This document shows positions 55,917 through 64,000 of a stretch of DNA of 64,000 nt, piece after piece. Below the pieces are notes generated by a model, which saw only the letters and a program-made list of their open reading frames with translations, was not told where the DNA came from and ran no database searches. The stretch is taken from positions 62,001 through 126,000 of the forward strand of contig OW569383.1 in assembly GCA_937625935.1 (NCBI GenBank), read 5' to 3'. This stretch comes from Tetramitus jugosus. Taxonomy: Eukaryota > Protista > Heterolobosea. Position numbers and translations under genes: made by a program. The stretch's first letter is position 1; each line of letters starts with the position of its first letter.

Positions 55917-58900
55917 ATGAACAGCAGCAAGAGACATGTGTCTAAATGTTCGATTGGCGCATCCACAACAATGCCTGGGAAAAGAATGGCGCGCAATGAG
56001 CAAGCCAACAACAATGTGAACGATGAGTTGTACGCTGAGCCCTCGTGGAAACCTGTTCAATCTCAGTTCCCAATGTCTCCAAAGAAGAAGCGAGTGAAAC
56101 GAATCGTTGTTTATCATGAAAACATTGAGGAGCAAGAGGAGGATGATGACCTTGTCATTAGCAGTGACGAAGAGATAGAACCGCACCAAGAAGAACTCGA
56201 AGAAGAGCTACAATTAGGTACTCAAAACTTTTTAAACAACTCTTTTGTGTTTGAAGAGAGTGATGATGACGAGCATGAGGGCCCTCACTTGTCTACCCCA
56301 ACTGTTAATGATTCTGGGAACAAGAGTCAACTTTCTCCTTTTATCACTCAAAGAAAGAGTAGAGGAATTTGTGTAGGCTCTCCTCAAAAGAAACCTCAGG
56401 TCCCACCGACCTCTCCCAAGAGGCAGTCTCCCCACAATACAAGCTCATCTGACGAACAATTTTATCTAAGGCACTGGGGAGTAGAGGATCGAGTCATTCA
56501 AGAGTATAAGAAGGATGGAGTCGAGAGATTGTATCCATGGCAAGTATCTATCCTTCAAATCCGTTCCGTACTCAACGGTCGATCAAACCTAATATATTGT
56601 GCTCCTACAAGCGGAGGAAAAACGTTGGTCACTGAGGTATTAATGTTGAGACGGTTAACATCACCACAAAACAAAGGAAAGAAAGCATTCTTTATCGTAC
56701 CATTTATTACTATTGTCGATGAGAAAGTAGAACAACTAAGAAGAAGGTTTAGAAGTCTCGGTTTGAAGGTTGGATCATATTATGCCAATACAGGAGGTTC
56801 TATCAGAACAAGAGATTTTGCTGATACTCATATCATTGTATGTACGATCGAGAGAGGAAATTCTATGATACATCAGTTGATTGCGGCTGAGAGAGGGGAT
56901 GAGATAGCAATGATAATAATCGATGAATGTCATATGATAGGCGATACAAGTCGAGGGTACTTGCTGGAGAGTATGTTGACGAAATTGGTCTTTCTTCAAT
57001 CAAATGCCCAAGTCATTGGAATGAGCGCAACACTTCCAAATGTAGATCAACTGGCCACATGGTTAAATGCAGAGCTGTTCATTACAAATTTTAGACCTGT
57101 TCCGTTAAGGGAGTTCATTGTAATGAATGATAGTGTGTACGATACCAAAACGAGCACACCAGTTCGCAAATTCGTACAGTCACCAGAAATACAAAAGGCT
57201 CTTAGTTTACCTTCGGTTCGACGTTTGACGAAATCTTTAACAGAAAAGGAAGGAAATGATATGTGGGTTACCAAGCTTTGCTTGGAAGTAGTCTTACAGA
57301 GGAAATCAGTTCTGATATTTTGTCGGTCGCGCTTTGATTGTAATAGATGGAGTCGACTTATAGCATCCATTATGAATCAGTTAGCACTCCCGGTTGAAAA
57401 TGAAATCAGTGAAAAAAGACGTATGATGATTGCTTCATTAGAAAGAAGCCAGACGGGGTTGGATCCCGATCTGGAAATATCTATCCGAGAAGGAGTTGCG
57501 TTTCACCATGCGGGATTAACGAAACACGAACGGCAGATCATTGAAAGAGGATATAGAGAGGGTTCAATTCAAATATTAACATGCACTACAACCTTAAGGT
57601 AAGTAACTAATTGTTATATCACCAAAGTACGCACCACTAAAATTTTGTGCAGTGCAGGAGTGAATTTGCCCGCTAGGCGGGTGATATTTGCCTCGCTCTA
57701 TATTGCTCAGGAAATGATCGATGTAATTAGATATCGTCAATCTGCAGGAAGAGCGGGAAGAGCTGGCTTGGATGAGTATGGTGAAACATATCTCTTGACA
57801 TCACCCAAAAACTGGATCTTCTGTCAGAAAATTTCGAATGACTATTTGCCAGAACTTATCAGTAGTTTGACAGAGATGAGGAGATGCATGTCGAAATGTC
57901 TTCTCGAAGCGTTTGATGTAGGACTTATAAAATCCGGTGTTGGTAGGTACTTTTACTGGTGTACGTGTTAGTATTGTCAATCTCTAACTGTTCGTAGATA
58001 TAGGAAAGTTTGCGACGTGTACTTTATTTAAGAAACAAGTGTCCCGTGATATTCTCATCAATCATACAAAGAAGAACTTAAATTTCTTATTACAACATCG
58101 CTTTGTTGAATTTGAAACCAAGGACCATACTTATAGTATCTCTCAACTTGGCTCGGCCACTAATTTAAGCGGCTTTACACCTGAAGAGAGTCTATATGTC
58201 AAACTAGAATTGGAGAATGCTCAGAATTGTATGATACTCCTTGGTAAGTAAGACATTCAAACTATGATTTTCGTACTAATACTAACCTCGTTAATAGATG
58301 ACTTGCATGTGATTTACCACTTAACGCCCTTTAATCATAATTTATCTGTTAGATGGACAGTCTTCTGTGATTTGTTTCAGAAGTTATCTCCTGTTCAGAA
58401 GAAGATAGCAATGAGTATTGGATTACAGGATGGATTCTTGGAGAGTATGGCTCATGGACAACAAACTGTTGGCTATCCCTCTTCTAACATACCCTTGTAT
58501 CATGCGAGACAAGGCTCAGGCAAAAGCCCAGTATATATTCGAAATCAAACGATAGTTCAAATGAGATTTTTTGCAGCTCTCGTGCTAAAGGAGTTGATCG
58601 ACGAAGCTCCTTGGAACATGATAGAAGAAAAATACTGCATACATCGAGGCCAAATTCAAGCCTTGCAAGAGAGTGCAGTAACATTTAGCAGTATGATATC
58701 ATCATACTGCACGGTTCTAAAGTGGAAGCATTTGAAATCTTTGTTCAGTGGCATGAAACACAGACTAAACTTTGGTGTGAAGGGTGAACTTGTTCCCTTG
58801 TGCTCTATTCCTCATGTGAAAGCATTTATTGCGCGTGCATTGTTCAAAGGAGGTTTTACAACAGTGCAATCCATTGCTGCATCCTCGGTTGAGAAAATCC

Positions 58901-61476
58901 ATAAGTGTTTGAGAGATGAGATTCCTTTTCGCGGAGCTTCGAATGGAGATCGAGTACTCGATAAACATTTTGCTTATTTGAACAAACTTGAACTAAGAAG
59001 AGCACAGATAATTGTTCAAGGAGCAATTAAAGCCGTTGAAGAAAATGCAATATTGGTTTACGATGAAGATGAAGAGAACAGTTACTACGACGAGCCGATA
59101 GTCCATTGTTTTCCCACCCAAAATAGGCCACGAGCTGTCAATGAGTCAGCAAATAAGAATGTTGAAGGAGGACCTCAACTGAAGCGAAAATTTACTCCTG
59201 TGCCTATTCCCTCTACGATGGCTCGAATTCCATTGAACTCTATTTCACCTAACTCAAATTCTGTGCAAAGTAACACAGGGGAGAATAGAACGATATCTAA
59301 GCGCGTACTAAGTGATGGGTCATATCCCAGCTCTAAGCGAACAAAAATTGATATACAAAACCGAATTGCTCATAACGATAAAGCTTATGAGATTATTGAG
59401 ATTAATACTACGGACGAATCTTCGCTCAGATCGTTCCTGAAGGATCTTGCCAAACAAACCCAGTACTCCTTCAATTTAACCTACAAAACGACTGAAAAAT
59501 CTCCATGTACATCATCAAGGGTTACTCATACACTGACTGGAGTTTCCATATGTTGGGCATCAAATATCAAAGATTGGAAAAATATTCCCATTGTGGATAC
59601 TGTCTATTATATACCTCTAAACCACAACATACTTCAACTCTTGAAACCTATCTTTCAAGATCCCTCCTCAATCAAAATTTCTCTCAATATGCAGCTTCAT
59701 ATTCTGCTTCTTTATGAGGCTCATATCATTCTCCCCAACACAAACCTACGTGATGTGATTGTTGCTGATTGGATCATACGACCGAACGATGAGCAAGCAT
59801 TTACTAAGCAACGAAAAACTCTTTCACAGGCTTGGAAACAAGTATTTAATTCTGATCTAATGAACCCAAGTAATAATAGTATTGAGCACACGATTGCAAA
59901 CTCTTGTCAAACTTCTATTCATTGCTTCAGATTAATGATGGAACAGGATATAATTATGAAGGACAAGAATGTATTCTATCCCTTTGAAACAATAGAAATG
60001 CCGCTCGCCTCTGTACTCTCAAAATTAGAATATCACGGAGTTAGATTCAAAGGAAAAGATGTAAATGAAAATGGGCGATGTATGGTAGATGATTGGATCG
60101 AACTAGTGCTAACAAAACAAGACAAACTCGAGCAACAAATTAAAGAATTTGTTCAAAGTCAGTATCCTCGCGATCTATTGAACAAACTCACTGATGGATT
60201 TCTTAGTTCCAATGACAAACTGGCCGAGATACTATTCGAAGATATGAAACTCTCTTATGAGGGACGAGGAACCAGTAGATCAACGAATAAGGAAGTTCTA
60301 CAAAAACTCACAGATGTTTATCCATCTATACCCATCTTTGGTGCCATAACACTGTGGAGATCATTGGATAATCTTCGAACGAAACATTTAAGAAGTTTCT
60401 GTACTGAATTTGTTAAACTTGACAAAATTGAGGGAATAAGGAAAGTGTACGCACACCAGGTCAGTACTGCTCACGTAACTGGGAGATTGAACGTCGAGAA
60501 TCCAAACTTACAAAATGTTCCACACAGCATCCATTTTGAGCACCCCAATCCCTCAACTGAAATGATTCGAAATGCAATTCGAAATGGACAGAAAGCACCA
60601 TTAGTATCAATCAGTATTCGAAATGCATTTACTCCCAGAAATGAGAAATACGTTCTTCTCAGTGCCGACTATCAACAAATTGAACTACGTCTAATAGCTC
60701 ACCTGAGCAATGATGATAGTTTGATCAACATTCTCCTAAACCCTGAATGCGATCCATTTAGGGAAATGGCGTGTGTCATGTTCTCTTGCGGTGATCAATC
60801 TCGAGTGACTGACAACCAAAGAAAGATTGTAAAAGAACTCTGGTATGCTACAATCTACGGTATGGGAGTCAAAACATTATCCTCCAAGCTTAGTCGTGCT
60901 CTCAATAAGTCACCAAAGAGTAAGCCAGAAGACAGAATCGAGCAAGCACGACAATATATGCACCAATTCTCGGAAAGATTCCAGAAAATGGATCAGTACA
61001 GACTCGTGTATGTGAAGCAGCAGTTGATCGAAAAAGGCTATGTTCAAACGATATCAGGTAGAAGAAGATATTGGGATGATGTACAGGAAAAATTGAAAGA
61101 TGAATCAACAATTGAATCATACAGAAGACATGCCCTATCCACTATTTGTCAAGGATCTGCCGCAGACATTTTCAAATCGTCGTTGATACTCACTGATAGA
61201 TATCTGACTGTTCTAAACTCCAATCGGCCTAGATCTCAACCAATAGCTGCCCTGTTGATGCATATTCACGATGAGCTTGTATTCGAGGTTGAAAAGGACT
61301 ACCTTCCAATCGTGGCTCCAAAAATCAAATCTTTGATGGAAACAGCCTCCTCACACTTTGGAGTCACTATTCGCTTACCTACACCTGTCAAAATGAAGGT
61401 GGGTCCCAACTGGGGCCAGATGAGCGACTATAGCATCCAGAAACTGAATACACCCAACAAGCCCGCCTCAGAATAA
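55917..61476 (+). CDS. POLQ: DNA polymerase theta (helicase plus family A polymerase); introns 57599..57652, 57943..57997, 58244..58297
   Basis: APTSGGKT, DECH, SAT, GRAGR; PolA motifs SADYQQIELR, K..Y..IYG, HDELVFE. Three GT-AG introns restore a single frame. Confidence 0.95.
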
Positions 61477-61558
61477 CAACTTTTGGTTCGAACTTCAATC
61501 TCAGAACTACTATCGAATAAATATTTCCAGTTTCACAAAACAAAAACACAAAGCAAGA

Positions 61559-62122
61559 ATGAGTTCGTCACGCCCAACAAAACCCAAGAATCCAAAAACT
61601 GTCCAAAAAGACAGCTTTAACACCAAGAAAAACACGGAGAGATTTGTGTTCTTCTGGCAGAGTAAATCCTGCTTTTCTCAACACTTCATGTCCGACTTTA
61701 CAATCAACAATATTACCTTTTGTTGTGGTGAGCAGTACATGATGTACAGGAAGGCTCTTTTGTTTCATGACAGTGAAATGGCCAACATGATTCTGGGCAC
61801 AAGAGATCCCAAAATGCACAAGAAATTTGGAAGAATGGTTCAAAATTTTGATTCAGAGATTTGGGAGGAGAATTGCAGGCAGATTGTCTATGAAGCCAAT
61901 TATGCAAAATTTAGTCAGAATGAAATTTTGCTGGAATCCTTGTTGGCCGAAGAATTCAGAAACAAGACGTTCGTGGAGGCCTCTCCGATGGATTGTGTTT
62001 GGGGCATAGGTGTGCGGGAGGATGCCGCACGTAAAATGGATCCTTCACAATGGAGAGGCAAGAATTGGCTTGGTCTGGAGTTGACCCGAGTAAGAGATGA
62101 TTTATTAAAGTTGCGACAATAA
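61559..62122 (+). CDS. NADAR/YbiA family N-glycosidase
   Basis: EQYMM..KA..F.D, KFSQN, VEASP.D.VWGIG, WRGKNWLG..L..VR. Confidence 0.92.
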   Translation: MSSSRPTKPKNPKTVQKDSFNTKKNTERFVFFWQSKSCFSQHFMSDFTINNITFCCGEQYMMYRKALLFHDSEMANMILGTRDPKMHKKFGRMVQNFDSEIWEENCRQIVYEANYAKFSQNEILLESLLAEEFRNKTFVEASPMDCVWGIGVREDAARKMDPSQWRGKNWLGLELTRVRDDLLKLRQ

Positions 62123-62223
62123 ACGAGTTCCAATAAAATTACAATTGTATGTAACTTTTATTGTGTTGTCACCTTCGCGAATCACGTTGGGGTTGCATAT
62201 GTCTAGATTCAGTTTGATTGTTG

Positions 62224-63309
62224 TCAAAAGGACTGACTTGAAGTGAAAACGTGATCGGATTGAGACCCCGATTGTGATGAAATAGATGCATCCTTGACCA
62301 ACGCATTCTCGGGCAATGATCGATGAATCTTTGACTTTGTTGTGTTCGTGTTCATGTCGTGAACACTGAACATGTTCTCTCCTACGCAATCAGATCTGAA
62401 CTCTACCACAATATATCTACTCCATTCCACTTCGTCCAGAGGAGAAAGCAAAGTATCTTCTTGCACAATGGATCTTCTCCTCTTTTGTCTCATCTTGCTT
62501 CGAACGTGTGAACCGACTTGAAAATCGGGTGAATCCATTGAGGAGAACACCAGCGAGCGACGCCTCTGTGAATTGTTGTAATGTTGAGAACTGACTGCGT
62601 TCAGATGACCAACAAAGGCACAATCATTTGGCCAGACCATTCTCTTGAATTTTGCAACACATGGCTCACTCTGCTCCACGATATTAAAATCCTCCACATG
62701 TTCCTTTGCTCCTTCATTTTCCTTCATGTTTTCATCTTCGAGCCACCTGTTCCAATGTTGACTAAAATGAACCAGCATCCGATAAAAATGACCTTCGCAA
62801 CCAGGCTTGCACTCACTTTGATTACTATGGGTTGTATCGTGAACAGGAACAACAATCCACTGATTCTTCAAATCAGTCCAATCCACAAATTCCTTCATAT
62901 TTTTCAATTCTTCGTGCTCAGTGTCGAATTTGAAAGCTTTCGCACGGTATTCGATGGAACGACTCGGTGCTTTATAGAGAACAGTGAACGTGTAGCACGG
63001 AACATCTTCGTCAGACTTTAGTTTCTTCTGGCTATCATCATAGTCGTGTTCACATGTTTCAATCTGAGAAATCACAAAAGCTTCAGGGATCACCGCACGA
63101 AGGTCCTCCGGTAATTGAATCATTGAAATCTCTTTGATAATTTCTTCGCTTGTGGTGGTTGTTGTCACGGGCGTTCCTACTTCAATCGACTGTTCAATGA
63201 ATTTGCTCCTTTTCATTAGTCTGTGTTGTTGATCCACGTCTTCGTTGTCCTTTTGCTCCAGATTCAAGAGCTTTCTCTTGTTGTCTATTGCAGTGTCGGT
63301 TTCTACCAT
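62224..63309 (-). CDS. Hypothetical protein, 361 aa
   Basis: Intact ATG-initiated ORF; no recognised domain. Confidence 0.65.
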   Translation of the reverse strand: MVETDTAIDNKRKLLNLEQKDNEDVDQQHRLMKRSKFIEQSIEVGTPVTTTTTSEEIIKEISMIQLPEDLRAVIPEAFVISQIETCEHDYDDSQKKLKSDEDVPCYTFTVLYKAPSRSIEYRAKAFKFDTEHEELKNMKEFVDWTDLKNQWIVVPVHDTTHSNQSECKPGCEGHFYRMLVHFSQHWNRWLEDENMKENEGAKEHVEDFNIVEQSEPCVAKFKRMVWPNDCAFVGHLNAVSSQHYNNSQRRRSLVFSSMDSPDFQVGSHVRSKMRQKRRRSIVQEDTLLSPLDEVEWSRYIVVEFRSDCVGENMFSVHDMNTNTTKSKIHRSLPENALVKDASISSQSGSQSDHVFTSSQSF

Positions 63310-63804
63310 TGTGGTTTTGTTAGAAGTTTTCGTTTGCTGCAGTAGTGATTGTAATTGTGTCAGTTTTGACGGAACTGTTTAGATTTTGTACAATATGATT
63401 AATGTTCTTCAGAACAACAAATGATAAGTTTTTGGGATAAGGATTCTGTCACCTAATGTACCGTCACGTTTCTCTTTGTTGCTCGTACAATGATTTCGTT
63501 GGGTTGGTGAGCTGATTGATTCTGCAAAACTCCATCTTTTTTGAGATCTGGAAAGAATTAAAAATATGCCATCTTGGTTCCGAAAGTCTATTTTCTAGCG
63601 CAGGATTTCAGTCAGAATGGAAACAAATGATTCCACGAGTCCCAAACATGGGCTTGCAAGGAATGGCCAACTGGGAACCAAATGAGTGTTTGTGCAGAGA
63701 CTGTTAATCATCACGCCTTCCTTCTTGTATGAATCAATATGAAGAGGACAAAATAATTTGTATTCAAATACACTGAAGTGAAAAAAGCGAAAACTCCTCA
63801 AGCT

Positions 63805-64000
63805 TTACTCCTCTTGTTCAGTTTTTTTGTCTTGGAGCATCTTTTCGATCGTAAAGGCGCTGACCAACACAGCGGCGCTGAACGCACCCGTTATCCACTT
63901 GACACGATTTGACAGTGGTGCCTTCACCAACATAAAACCACCCAATGGCAATATTGGCAAGCTTGAACCAACCAATGCACCGACACTGGCCATTGCACCT
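63805..64000 (-). CDS. 3' end of a small membrane protein running off the window
   Basis: Hydrophobic Gly/Ala-rich frame open to the window edge. Confidence 0.5.
   Translation of the reverse strand, partial: GAMASVGALVGSSLPILPLGGFMLVKAPLSNRVKWITGAFSAAVLVSAFTIEKMLQDKKTEQEE

Overview
Gene-dense, AT-rich eukaryotic (protist) genomic DNA with short GT-AG introns. The gene content and the NHL/RCC1/F-box-LRR repertoire look heterolobosean (Naegleria-like), but that is an inference. The window holds about 30 protein genes, including an NHE exchanger, a CCCH-TTLL, SUV3, DENND6, importin-alpha, SDHA, bL9m, POLQ and NADAR. It also has two tRNA genes (Arg-TCT, His-GTG) and a transposon graveyard at 1-4 kb (Tc1/IS630 and piggyBac remnants). 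The main candidate for an undescribed system is at 24.65-30.2 kb. A young, 5'-truncated APE/RT non-LTR retrotransposon with a poly(A) tail and a 13-19 bp target-site duplication sits 39-57 bp upstream of tRNA-Arg, with its 5' end facing the tRNA 5' end. It inserted directly in front of an older, diverged element of the same family, so two successive insertions occupy the same spot. This geometry matches the tRNA-targeting TRE5 elements of Dictyostelium. A second accessory region (31.9-36.5 kb) is bracketed by a duplicated RCC1-gene tail. It carries a fungal-like NmrA gene inside direct repeats and decayed zinc-ribbon and ankyrin-like genes. Several otherwise intact genes carry small indels, so assembly errors are possible. 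All homology calls come from motif recognition; no database searches were run.
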